This document shows positions 28,901 to 38,099 of a stretch of 64,000 bases of DNA, piece by piece; positions within the stretch are counted from its first letter, which is position 1, and the number at the start of each line of letters is the position of its first letter. The notes below the pieces were generated by a model, which made no database searches, was not told the origin of the DNA, and saw nothing but the letters and a program-made list of their open reading frames with translations. The position numbers were made by a program, and so were the translations under genes. Origin of the DNA: an uncultured Verrucomicrobiota bacterium. GTDB lineage: Bacteria > Verrucomicrobiota > Verrucomicrobiia > Opitutales > Seribacteraceae. The DNA lies in NCBI GenBank assembly GCA_902569115.1, contig CACFTI010000003.1, positions 40,406 to 104,405 on the forward strand, in the 5' to 3' direction.

Positions 28901-30502
28901 ATGAAATCAGCCTGGCCCTTATTTCTTGCATGGAAACAACTTTTCCCCTCTCAGAAAAAAGTTTCCTTTTTTTCTTTATTAGCCATCGTGGGGGTCGCTT
29001 TGGGTGTTAATGTAATGATCGTGGTGGTTGCATTTATGCAGGGTTTTCAGCAAAAATTCAGATCTGATATAATTGATGCCCAGGGACACGCTCGTGCTGT
29101 GCCACTGAAGAAGCAGGTAGATTGGAAGAAGGATACTAAGAAAATATCTTTGCAACCTGAAGTTGAGAAAGTTTCCCCATACATTCAGGGACATCTGCTT
29201 TTGCAAAACAGGGACTATCATGCAGTTCCTTTTTCCATGGGAATTGATCCTAGTCAGTCTGATGGAGTGTTGCCGCTTAATCAATTTCTTCAAAAGGGTT
29301 TTATCCCCATACAGGGGTATGAATCGAGGGATGTCACGCCAGTTCCCACAACTGATTTACTTGATGACGATGTGGTTTTCATTACTCAGCAAGTTGCCAA
29401 CCGTTTGGGAGTTCGGTCAGCGACCGCTTTACTTTTTGATGACCAGAATGATTCGAGTGAAAAAGGTAGAGTTCTTGTTGAACAGCTCGATCCTTATGTC
29501 GAAAGCGATGAATGGAAGATCGAATTTATTGATGAAGATAAGTATAACATTCGAAACCAGCAGGGTTCGATTGATATAAATTGTACTTTTAACCAACCAT
29601 TAGAGGATCTTGGTTGGGGGTATCCAAAGTTCAAGCTAGTCGAGGGGAACAAACCTTTCTCAAAGGGAGATCAGTTCAAGTTTCAAATCTTTCGTTCTTC
29701 TACTATTGAGATCTATTCTCCGAGTATGATTGAAAAAGCAAAATCAGATGAAATGTCTCCCCCGCGGGAAGTTCGTGTAGGTGGCATTTTTCAAGTTCCC
29801 TGGCAGGGGTTTCACACAGATGCACTAATTGGAACAGATCGATTTATGGAAGACATGAGAGGCGAGGAAAATGCATGTGATGGCTTCTTTATTAAGTTTC
29901 AAACTGACTATTTACATGATGAAAATAAGCTTGGCGAGTTGTGTGCTAGATTGGAGGGAGAACTCGAGGGTGACTGGAGTATCATACCCTGGTTTATTGA
30001 AAATGCCTGGTTTTTTGACCTCTTAAAATTCGAAGAATATTTAATGGTATTGATTATGATTCCCATAGGGTTGGTGGCGGCTTTTGCTATTGCTATTGCT
30101 CTAATGACCACAGTCTTGCGAAAAATTCGAGAGATAGGTCTCCTGATTGCGATGGGAGGAACCCGTTTTTCGGTTGGAATGATTTTTTGTATGCAGGGCT
30201 TTATCATTGGTTCACTTGGGGCGTTCATTGGTTGCGGAATGGCTCTGACTTTTATCCGTTACAGGGATTCGCTGATGAGTTTTATTGTAACTCGGATTGC
30301 GGGAGAGGACGGTCAGGCAGGCGTAACACAGTTCTATGATTTTTATAGCTTAGAGGTTTCCTATCCCTGGGAGTCAGAGCAGAGTATGATAACATTTCTT
30401 ACCTTTATCTTTTTTGCCATTGGTGTATCAACGCTTGCAGGTCTTTTGCCTGCTTGGCGTGCATCCAGAATGAACCCAGCGGAGGCTTTGCGTAGTGAGT
30501 GA
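28901..30502 (+). CDS. lolE: Lipoprotein-releasing ABC permease LolC/E with inserted domain
   Basis: GVALGV...V.AFMQGF, K.REIG.L.AMG, LPAWRASRMNPAEALR; next to lolD. Confidence 0.85.
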   Translation: MKSAWPLFLAWKQLFPSQKKVSFFSLLAIVGVALGVNVMIVVVAFMQGFQQKFRSDIIDAQGHARAVPLKKQVDWKKDTKKISLQPEVEKVSPYIQGHLLLQNRDYHAVPFSMGIDPSQSDGVLPLNQFLQKGFIPIQGYESRDVTPVPTTDLLDDDVVFITQQVANRLGVRSATALLFDDQNDSSEKGRVLVEQLDPYVESDEWKIEFIDEDKYNIRNQQGSIDINCTFNQPLEDLGWGYPKFKLVEGNKPFSKGDQFKFQIFRSSTIEIYSPSMIEKAKSDEMSPPREVRVGGIFQVPWQGFHTDALIGTDRFMEDMRGEENACDGFFIKFQTDYLHDENKLGELCARLEGELEGDWSIIPWFIENAWFFDLLKFEEYLMVLIMIPIGLVAAFAIAIALMTTVLRKIREIGLLIAMGGTRFSVGMIFCMQGFIIGSLGAFIGCGMALTFIRYRDSLMSFIVTRIAGEDGQAGVTQFYDFYSLEVSYPWESEQSMITFLTFIFFAIGVSTLAGLLPAWRASRMNPAEALRSE

Positions 30503-31202
30503 ACAAACGAAGAAGGAGAATGTTGTTTTGCATGCGAAGAGCTTATCTAAGAGCTATTCAATTGTGGATGCTCCCGACCTAAAAGTCCTAAATCAAGTAA
30601 ACATAACATTGCACGAATCCTCATCCCTGAGCATTCGTGGAGACTCTGGTTGCGGCAAGTCCACTTTGCTTAACTTGCTTGCTCGTTTGGAGCCTGCGGA
30701 TGAAGGCACAATATTTTGGGGAGAGAAAAGAATTGCCGCAGCTTCGAAGCCTCTGGCTGTGGAGGCATCATGGCGGGCCAAGCATGTAGGAGTCGTTTAC
30801 CAATCATATTATTTGATTCCAGAACTTAATGTTTTGGAAAATGTGCTTATGAGTGTCCGCTTATCTGGACTGTCAATTGCAGAATACGAGCCTAGAGCGA
30901 AAGAGCTTTTGGATCAAATGGGTGTGGAGAGTAAAAGTAAGCAAATTCCTTCTAAATTATCTGGAGGTGAAAGACAGCGAGTGGCTATTGCACGTGCCCT
31001 GGTTAACCGGCCAAAGGTTATTTTGGCCGATGAACCGACAGGTAATTTAGACGAGAGGACTGGAGCTGAGATAATGAAACTACTTTTGAATGCCTCTGCC
31101 AAAGAAAAAACCAGTTTGATTTTGGTAACCCATAACCCAAGCTTCGCTCGGGCAACAGATGAAACCTCCATACTTAAGGATGGTAAGTTGATTTATGAAT
31201 AG
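30495..31202 (+). CDS. lolD: Lipoprotein-releasing ABC ATP-binding protein
   Basis: [32 protein letters not shown]. Confidence 0.85.
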   Translation: MSEQTKKENVVLHAKSLSKSYSIVDAPDLKVLNQVNITLHESSSLSIRGDSGCGKSTLLNLLARLEPADEGTIFWGEKRIAAASKPLAVEASWRAKHVGVVYQSYYLIPELNVLENVLMSVRLSGLSIAEYEPRAKELLDQMGVESKSKQIPSKLSGGERQRVAIARALVNRPKVILADEPTGNLDERTGAEIMKLLLNASAKEKTSLILVTHNPSFARATDETSILKDGKLIYE

Positions 31203-31214
31203 AATTTTTAAGAA

Positions 31215-32150
31215 GTGAAACCTGATTCAAAAGAAAAAATTGCTTGCGGGGTGGCAGGGGTAGGCTATCTCGGTCAGCATCATGCTAGAATTTATCATGA
31301 GTTGTACTCAAGCGATCTCGTTGGTTTTTATGAACCTTCCGATGATGCTGCACAAAAGATAAAAGATACTTATGGTTGCAAAAGATTTGAAAGCTTGGCT
31401 GAACTTGGTCGAGCTTGTGATGCAGTCAGTGTAGTCTGCCCAACGGATCAACATGCAGATGTGGCGATCCCACTACTCGTACAGGGTTGCCATTTGTTGG
31501 TAGAAAAACCCCTTTGCACTTCGAGCACGGAAGCGGAGAAAATTCTTCGAACTGCAAAGGAAAACCATGGGATAGTTCAAGTCGGCCATATTGAGCACTA
31601 TAACCCGGTTATGGACTACTTGGAAAAAGCGGTTGTAGCACCAAAGTATCTTACCGTTGATCGACTTGCTCCATTTCAGCCTAGAGGGACTGAGGTCGGA
31701 GTGGTATTGGATCTCATGATTCATGACATTGGTATTGCCTTAGCCTTGGTGTCATCTCCCTTACAGTCGGTTGAAGCTATTGGGGTGAGAGTGCTCTCCT
31801 CTACGGAAGATATTGCGAATGCACGGCTTGTTTTTGAAAATGGATGCGTTGCTAATCTTAACGCCAGTCGTGTTAGTGAGAAAAAAGCCCGTGAAATTAG
31901 GGTCTTTCAGGATAGTGGATACCTTTCACTCGATTTCATGAATCAGAAAGGGCATTTCATTCAGAAAGAGGGAATGTCGCTCAAGAGAAATGAAGTGCCA
32001 GTGGAAAAAGGAGAACCCTTGGCTTTGGAAATCGAATCATTCTTGGATTGTGTTATTAAGGCAAAGACGCCCAAAACCGACGGATCATTCGGTAAGTCTG
32101 CGCTGGAGGTTGCTCTAAGTGTAACGCAAAAAATCGAATCTGGTTGGTAA
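31215..32150 (+). CDS. Gfo/Idh/MocA dehydrogenase, GnnA-like (UDP-GlcNAc 3-dehydrogenase)
   Basis: GVGYLGQHHAR, VEKP, VGHIE..NP, VVLDLMIHDI, ASRVS; immediately upstream of lpxB. Confidence 0.75.
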   Translation: MKPDSKEKIACGVAGVGYLGQHHARIYHELYSSDLVGFYEPSDDAAQKIKDTYGCKRFESLAELGRACDAVSVVCPTDQHADVAIPLLVQGCHLLVEKPLCTSSTEAEKILRTAKENHGIVQVGHIEHYNPVMDYLEKAVVAPKYLTVDRLAPFQPRGTEVGVVLDLMIHDIGIALALVSSPLQSVEAIGVRVLSSTEDIANARLVFENGCVANLNASRVSEKKAREIRVFQDSGYLSLDFMNQKGHFIQKEGMSLKRNEVPVEKGEPLALEIESFLDCVIKAKTPKTDGSFGKSALEVALSVTQKIESGW

Positions 32151-32172
32151 ATGAAATATAAGAAAGGTTATT

Positions 32173-33333
32173 TTGTTTAATCCATTTAGACCCAAGCAAG
32201 TGGATCTTCTGGTTATCGCCGGTGAAGCTTCCGGGGATGAACACGCAGCAGTTCTCGTGGGGAATTTGAAAAAAAAATTTCCCAATTTAAAAGTAGCGGC
32301 TCTCGGAGGTAAAAATTTAAAAGAGAGTGGTGCCGATTTTCTTTTTGATTTGGTGGATCATGCTGTAGTTGGAGTTTTTGAAGTTTTGAAGAACTATGGG
32401 TTTTTCAAAAAATTATTTTTTTGCACATTGGATTGGATCAGTGATTTTCGCCCCAAAGCTATTCTTCTTATTGATTACCCCGGATTTAACCTGAGACTGG
32501 CTGAAGTACTCAGGAAAAAGGGACTGTCAAAAAAGGGTGGGGGAGAAATTCAGGTTCTTCAGTATGTGAGTCCACAGCTTTGGGCGTGGAAGCCAAAAAG
32601 AAGATTCAAGATGGCCAAGGTGTTGGATTCCCTTGCCGTCATTTTCCCTTTTGAAGTGAATTGCTATGCAGATGTTAGCTTACCTGTATCATATGTTGGA
32701 CATCCTTTTGTTAGCGGTGATTACCGATCACCTGTTAGATACGATGAAAAGGGGCCATTACTTTTGTTGCCTGGTAGTCGAGTTCAGCCAATTCAAAGAA
32801 TTTTTCCTTGTTTTCTGGATGCTTCGGAAAAGCTAATTCAGTCTTACCCCAACTTGAAAATTGAGGTGCCGGTTCCCAATCTTCAGATAAAAGATTGTGT
32901 AGAGCAAATTCTTGCCAAAAGACCACTTCTACAGGATCGGATATTGGTGCGAGTAAACCTTAACGATTTGAAGGCTCGCGTAGCATTAATGAGTTCGGGG
33001 ACGATGTCTTTTGCTTTTGCTCTTGCTGGTATACCAGGCGTGATCGCCTATAAAGCACATATTTTAACCTACCTGTTGGGTAAGATACTGATCAAAGTCC
33101 CTTTTCTAGGGATGGCAAACTTGCTCTTGCCGGATGCACCGCCTTACAAAGAGTTAATCCAACTGGAGGCTCATGGCGAGTCGTTGTCACTGGCTATCGA
33201 GCAAATACTGATCAATCAAAGTGAAAGTCAAAAAGTATTTCAACAGGCATCTATGCGTTTGCAGGAGACCCTGAAGGGTGGTCAGGAACTAGAAGCAGTG
33301 GATTGGCTGACCGATGTACTCGGTATGGCATGA
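32173..33333 (+). CDS. lpxB: Lipid-A-disaccharide synthase
   Basis: AGEASGD, IDYPGFN, YVSPQLWAW, FPFE, VGHP, LPGSR, SSGT. Confidence 0.95.
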   Translation: MFNPFRPKQVDLLVIAGEASGDEHAAVLVGNLKKKFPNLKVAALGGKNLKESGADFLFDLVDHAVVGVFEVLKNYGFFKKLFFCTLDWISDFRPKAILLIDYPGFNLRLAEVLRKKGLSKKGGGEIQVLQYVSPQLWAWKPKRRFKMAKVLDSLAVIFPFEVNCYADVSLPVSYVGHPFVSGDYRSPVRYDEKGPLLLLPGSRVQPIQRIFPCFLDASEKLIQSYPNLKIEVPVPNLQIKDCVEQILAKRPLLQDRILVRVNLNDLKARVALMSSGTMSFAFALAGIPGVIAYKAHILTYLLGKILIKVPFLGMANLLLPDAPPYKELIQLEAHGESLSLAIEQILINQSESQKVFQQASMRLQETLKGGQELEAVDWLTDVLGMA

Positions 33334-34385
33334 TGGGTCATTTGTTCCCAAATTCGAACAGCCTTTTTACTTAGCACATTACGACACCTTTCGACCTCGG
33401 CCATTCTTGATTTGAGGTTCTCGTTGGCAATCAAAGAGACATCATCCATGTTGTACAGGAAAACATTATCCACTTTGGCAACCGATTCATCGATATTCCG
33501 GGGAACTGATGCATCGATCAAAAAAAGCGGTTTGGACGGTCTTTTTTTCATAGCCAGCCTAACCGCACTTGCTGAAATAAGAGACCTTCCGCTTGCTGTG
33601 GAGGTTAGAATAACATCAAAATGGTGTAGTGATTCCTGATATTTTGAAAAAGAGAGAGCGAACCCACCAAATTTTTCAGCTAACTCATCTGGTTTCCTTC
33701 TGCTAAGAGGGCACCAGTCAAAGGTTCTACCTGTAACGGTGATTGCTTGAGACCCTCTCGATCTAAACGCTTCCATTGCAGATTCAGCTACTTCGCCAGC
33801 TCCAATTACGAGTAGGCGTGAGTTGGAAACTTTGCCAAAAATTCGGCGAGCCAGCTCGCACAGAACATTACCTAGGTTAACTTGGCCTTTGGATATACCT
33901 GTGTTGGTTCGTGCCCATTTCGCTGCCTGAAATCCTTTTTGAAATAGACGATTTAGCATCTTTCCGGATACATTACGGTCGCAGGCATCTTCGTAGGCCT
34001 TTTTTACCTGTCCTAATATCTCAGTTTCTCCAACCATTTGAGAATCAATACCCGAAGTTACCTCGAAAAGATGACGAACTACTTTCTCTCCGGAGTGTCG
34101 ATAGGAGTGTTTGCTTAGAAAGTCCGGGTCAATTTCTCGGAAATCGCTCAGATATTTGTGTAAAAGATCGGGGGAAAATCCGTTGCTTGAAGCACCGTAA
34201 ATCTCCGTGCGGTTGCATGTATTTAAAAGCAAGCATTCTTCTAAGCCCGGCAGGGCAGATAGTCCGCTATAAAATTCATCAATTTTGTCCTGGGGTAAGC
34301 TTATTTTTTCGCGCACCGCCAGATCGGCAATGTGATGAGAGCTTCCTAATACATGAAGCGACTTTGAGTATTCGTTACTGCCCAT
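33282..34385 (-). CDS. hemA: Glutamyl-tRNA reductase (short form)
   Basis: TCNRTEIY, SGIDSQMVGETEILGQVK, GAGE, IDASVPRNI. Confidence 0.93.
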   Translation of the reverse strand: MGSNEYSKSLHVLGSSHHIADLAVREKISLPQDKIDEFYSGLSALPGLEECLLLNTCNRTEIYGASSNGFSPDLLHKYLSDFREIDPDFLSKHSYRHSGEKVVRHLFEVTSGIDSQMVGETEILGQVKKAYEDACDRNVSGKMLNRLFQKGFQAAKWARTNTGISKGQVNLGNVLCELARRIFGKVSNSRLLVIGAGEVAESAMEAFRSRGSQAITVTGRTFDWCPLSRRKPDELAEKFGGFALSFSKYQESLHHFDVILTSTASGRSLISASAVRLAMKKRPSKPLFLIDASVPRNIDESVAKVDNVFLYNMDDVSLIANENLKSRMAEVERCRNVLSKKAVRIWEQMTHHAIPSTSVSQSTASSS

Positions 34386-35244
34386 TTCGAGGTTGAACGG
34401 GTATCGAAGAGATGTTGGCGTTTCTATCCTTCGAATTCACGAATCCCATACTTACAATTGCTACAATAAAAAGACTGATTGCTGATTTGGCGAATTTGGA
34501 TCCAAAAAGTCTATTGCTGTATCTTAGAAAAAAAAGAATACAGTAACCTGCCCACAGAAGAAGGGTGATAAATAATTTAAAGGAAGTTACATATTCAGGG
34601 TGGTGTACCCAGTGCATTCCTCCGACAACAATTGAAAGAGTCAAAAAGAGAGTACCCACAAGAAGTAGCCTAAATGCGGAATGATCAAGGTCGTGGATTG
34701 GAGGAAGAAATGTTCCCCAAATTCCTGATTTTTTGGAAAGAAGCGATTTCCTTTGAATTAGATACATACCACTCACGATTGCAAGGAGGGCGAAGATCCC
34801 ATAACTGAAAATTGCAATCGACGCGTGTAATTCAATCCATGGGTCAGAGAAAAGGCGTTGGTAGGTTGACTCCATCCAATATGGATGATCCCACTGCCCA
34901 TTAATCAGGGAAATAATGCCAAATACGCCTGCCATCCCGGAACAAAGGGATCCCAGTAAATTAAGTTTCCAAAGGAGTCGCAGAATAAGGAAGGTTAGGA
35001 TGAGGGACCAAGTGATGAACTGTATCCTTTCAAGGTTGTTACCCAAAGGACACCCGCTGATTTCCAAACCTCTAAGGTAGAGACCCCGAGTCTGTAGGAA
35101 AAAACCGAAGACAATAGCAAGAAGGGTTGCCTGTTTGCAGAAACTATTTTTTGAAAAAAAAGTGCTGGCAAATCCAAAACCGACTGCAAAAACATAGAAA
35201 ATCGATGCAATCCACAGTAAATCTCTTGCTTCGTTAAAATTCAT
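34375..35244 (-). CDS. ccsA: Cytochrome c assembly protein CcsA/HemX-like
   Basis: About 8 TM segments, WIELHA, YLIQ...L..K, typical position upstream of hemA. Confidence 0.75.
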   Translation of the reverse strand: MNFNEARDLLWIASIFYVFAVGFGFASTFFSKNSFCKQATLLAIVFGFFLQTRGLYLRGLEISGCPLGNNLERIQFITWSLILTFLILRLLWKLNLLGSLCSGMAGVFGIISLINGQWDHPYWMESTYQRLFSDPWIELHASIAIFSYGIFALLAIVSGMYLIQRKSLLSKKSGIWGTFLPPIHDLDHSAFRLLLVGTLFLTLSIVVGGMHWVHHPEYVTSFKLFITLLLWAGYCILFFLRYSNRLFGSKFAKSAISLFIVAIVSMGFVNSKDRNANISSIPVQPRNGQ

Positions 35245-35285
35245 AATGATCGGCTGTCAGGCATGAATTCCTAAATAAAAGCCAA

Positions 35286-36395
35286 TTAATCTTGATAATA
35301 AACGGGATCGGACGAAAAGAATTCTCTCATTGCGGCACAGTCTTTTCCGACGCAATTTTCACAACAAGGACGAATGCAGGACTCGTAACTCTCGGTCATA
35401 TGCTCATGGACTAGCTTGGAGCAAAGTTGGATGAAAGCGTTTTCAAGATTGAAGCAGTCTGCCCGACTAAAAAGTTTCCCCGCGTCTTCAACATATTCCC
35501 GGAATTCGATATCGATTTCATCAAGGGTTTCAATGTGATCGGTAGTGAATGCAATCGGGACAATCAAAATTGCTTTTTCTTCCGTCTTTTCTATCACTTC
35601 TGGAGTACTCGGTGACAGCCATTTTGTTCTTTTGGGACCCACTTTACTTTGCCATCCAAGGGCATGGTTGTGTCTTAGCCCGATCTCTTTGAGTTTTCTT
35701 TCGATATTTTCAATGGAGCCTTGAATCTCCTGATTATATCGGTCTCCTTTCTCTAGGCAGTAAGCTTCCGGCAGACTGTGTGCCGAATAAAGAATGAGCA
35801 CTTCTTGATCTTTTAAACTATGGGTATTGGTGAATTCACGAAACTTCTTTTCAATCAGCTTAGCCCATAATTCGGTGTAATCCTGACGATCCCACCAACG
35901 ATCAATCACAGAAATTTTGTTTTTTAATTCGGAATTATCTTTAAGCCAACGGTATGCATCACAAAGACTCGAACCGCTAGTTGAGCAACTATGCTGAGGA
36001 TAATGAGAAAACAAAATAATTCTTTCCGCATCCTGAAATCTTTTTAATTCATCACCAGTACGGGGGACTGCATAGCGGAATCCGGGCACGCAAGCATGAG
36101 GCGCCGTTTGCGGGCTTTGTTCATCCAATGCAGCGGCAATTTGTTCACCCTGTTTTTCCATGATTTTGCGAGTTGGAGAGTACTGACCAAGCTCTTCATA
36201 CCTTTGTTGAATAAAAGGAGTCCTTCTCCAAGCAATAAAATTGCCTAGGATCTTTTGTACAGGAAGTTTGAGCAATTCTCTGTCTTGGAAAAGTTCCTTA
36301 AGGTATGGGTGCACCTCATCAGCAGATTCGGGTCCTCCCATATTCAAAAGTAAAATTGCTGTTTTAACTGTTTTCGGTGTGGGATCTGAAATCAT
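35286..36395 (-). CDS. hemH: Protoporphyrin ferrochelatase, eukaryote-like with C-terminal [2Fe-2S] motif
   Basis: LLNMGGP, YPQHSCSTSGSS, SAHSLP, WQSKVGP, PIAFTTDHIETL.E, C-terminal CENCVGKDC. Confidence 0.93.
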   Translation of the reverse strand: MISDPTPKTVKTAILLLNMGGPESADEVHPYLKELFQDRELLKLPVQKILGNFIAWRRTPFIQQRYEELGQYSPTRKIMEKQGEQIAAALDEQSPQTAPHACVPGFRYAVPRTGDELKRFQDAERIILFSHYPQHSCSTSGSSLCDAYRWLKDNSELKNKISVIDRWWDRQDYTELWAKLIEKKFREFTNTHSLKDQEVLILYSAHSLPEAYCLEKGDRYNQEIQGSIENIERKLKEIGLRHNHALGWQSKVGPKRTKWLSPSTPEVIEKTEEKAILIVPIAFTTDHIETLDEIDIEFREYVEDAGKLFSRADCFNLENAFIQLCSKLVHEHMTESYESCIRPCCENCVGKDCAAMREFFSSDPVYYQD

Positions 36396-36477
36396 GGTTA
36401 GTTATTCAACGGGAAAGTTTATAAAACCTCTAATATCCTAATGTACGATTACATATAGTCAAAGAGAGATATGATCT

Positions 36478-37818
36478 TTAGAGGACCATGCAATTCGGCA
36501 GAGGTGCTCCGTTTATATGTGAACCAAGAATCTGGAGCCCCTTGTTTTGAATACTTAAAGTTGATGCAGCCTTTATTCTCGCGTCCATTGTAGAATCTGG
36601 AATGGGAATCGATTTTGGCCATAATTTAATATGTTCAAATGTCGGTTTCCCTTCAATACCAAGAAGCGTCTGGTTTTCTTTGTAAGCATATTTCAAAATC
36701 TTATTCTCTGGAAGATTGCACAATTCGGGATTTCTTTCTCCACCAACAAAAGTTGTGAGAAGAGCATAGTTTTTCGGAGCTCGATTCTGAAATAAAGTAC
36801 TGGAAAAAAGTGTGCCAAGAATTTTCCGTTTTTCTTTTTCTGGCACAAGAAAACCAAATCCATCCAATGGATGCTGGATTTGTTGTCTTTTGAAACCTTG
36901 AAAGCAAAGGGCGAGGGGAGGGTGGAAAGTTTGTGTAAGTGTCTTAAATAGATGTGCTGCTTTGATGCCGACCCACTCTATATTTAATAGTGCATGGCTC
37001 GGTAGTGTGCTTATCACCTCATCGAAAAGCTCTTCCTTTATTTTACCATCTTGAGTTTCTCCTTGAACGCTCCATTTACCATTATTCTTAATTTCAATTT
37101 TTTTAATTTCACATCCGAGAACAGGAGAAGTTTGCAGTTTTTCTGCTAATCTTTTGGGCAATTCCTGCATTCCTTCTTTGAAAGATACCAGGCGAGAATG
37201 CGAAAGTTTTTCTGATGGTTGAATCCCTCCCCGTATCATTCCCCAAAAAATCGAACCAAATTTACGCTCGGTCTCGTATAAGCTGGGAAATGCATGTTTC
37301 AAAATTAAGCTTTCAGGGCGAGAGGCATAAACACCCCCGATAAAAGGGTTAGCGCCATAATCAAGTGCCTGCTTTCCTAATCTTCTTTTGACAAAACTGG
37401 CCATAGTCTCATCAGAAGAGTTGTCTTTTTTACGGGGAATAAAGGGTTCAAGACAGAGCCTTATCTTACCAAGAGGACTAAGAAAAGAGGATGAGAGAAA
37501 TGAAAGTGGACCTTGGGGTAGAGAGATTACTTGGTTTTTTTTGACAATAAATCTCTTTGAACATTCCTGATTTGCATCTAAAGCATGTTCCAAGATTTTG
37601 TGTTTTTTAAGGAAATCTTCTGTTTTTTTCGTACGAATACTCAAAGTATTTGCACCATAATCCAAAAGATAGCCTTCAGATTTTATGGACTGTAATACAC
37701 CACCTACTTGTAAGTCTTTTTCAAAAACTGATACCTGATTACCTTTACTTTCTTGAGACAAGGCAAGCGACAGGCCAGACAGTCCGGCACCCAAGATGCA
37801 TACTTTTTTTCTACTCAT
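36478..37818 (-). CDS. hemY: Protoporphyrinogen oxidase (HemY type)
   Basis: GAGLSGL, VGG..S, GVYA, GFGFLVP, LGTLFSS..F..RAP. Confidence 0.9.
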   Translation of the reverse strand: MSRKKVCILGAGLSGLSLALSQESKGNQVSVFEKDLQVGGVLQSIKSEGYLLDYGANTLSIRTKKTEDFLKKHKILEHALDANQECSKRFIVKKNQVISLPQGPLSFLSSSFLSPLGKIRLCLEPFIPRKKDNSSDETMASFVKRRLGKQALDYGANPFIGGVYASRPESLILKHAFPSLYETERKFGSIFWGMIRGGIQPSEKLSHSRLVSFKEGMQELPKRLAEKLQTSPVLGCEIKKIEIKNNGKWSVQGETQDGKIKEELFDEVISTLPSHALLNIEWVGIKAAHLFKTLTQTFHPPLALCFQGFKRQQIQHPLDGFGFLVPEKEKRKILGTLFSSTLFQNRAPKNYALLTTFVGGERNPELCNLPENKILKYAYKENQTLLGIEGKPTFEHIKLWPKSIPIPDSTMDARIKAASTLSIQNKGLQILGSHINGAPLPNCMVL

Positions 37819-37877
37819 TGAGCTTAGGATTTATCTTTATGCTTGAGCAATTGGATGAGTTGGGTTGAAAGGATCAT

Positions 37878-38099
37878 ATGATCGATATAATCACGGAATC
37901 TTTGCGTACGATTGTTTCTTCAGGAAAGGATGGTCAAGGAGATTTGATTTCAGCCCTAAAGCAGTTGGATGACATACTTGAGGAAAAGGAGGCTGATTTG
38001 GATGCAAGGCTTCGTCATTTCCTTCAAAATAGAAGTTATGAAAAAGCCTTACTTTGGATCGAGGGGGGAACTCCGGAAAAAGGGATTTGCCAGAAGTGA
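37878..38099 (+). CDS. Small conserved hypothetical protein
   Basis: 73 aa with RLRHFLQNRSYEKAL; GTGA overlap with yciH. Confidence 0.65.
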   Translation: MIDIITESLRTIVSSGKDGQGDLISALKQLDDILEEKEADLDARLRHFLQNRSYEKALLWIEGGTPEKGICQK

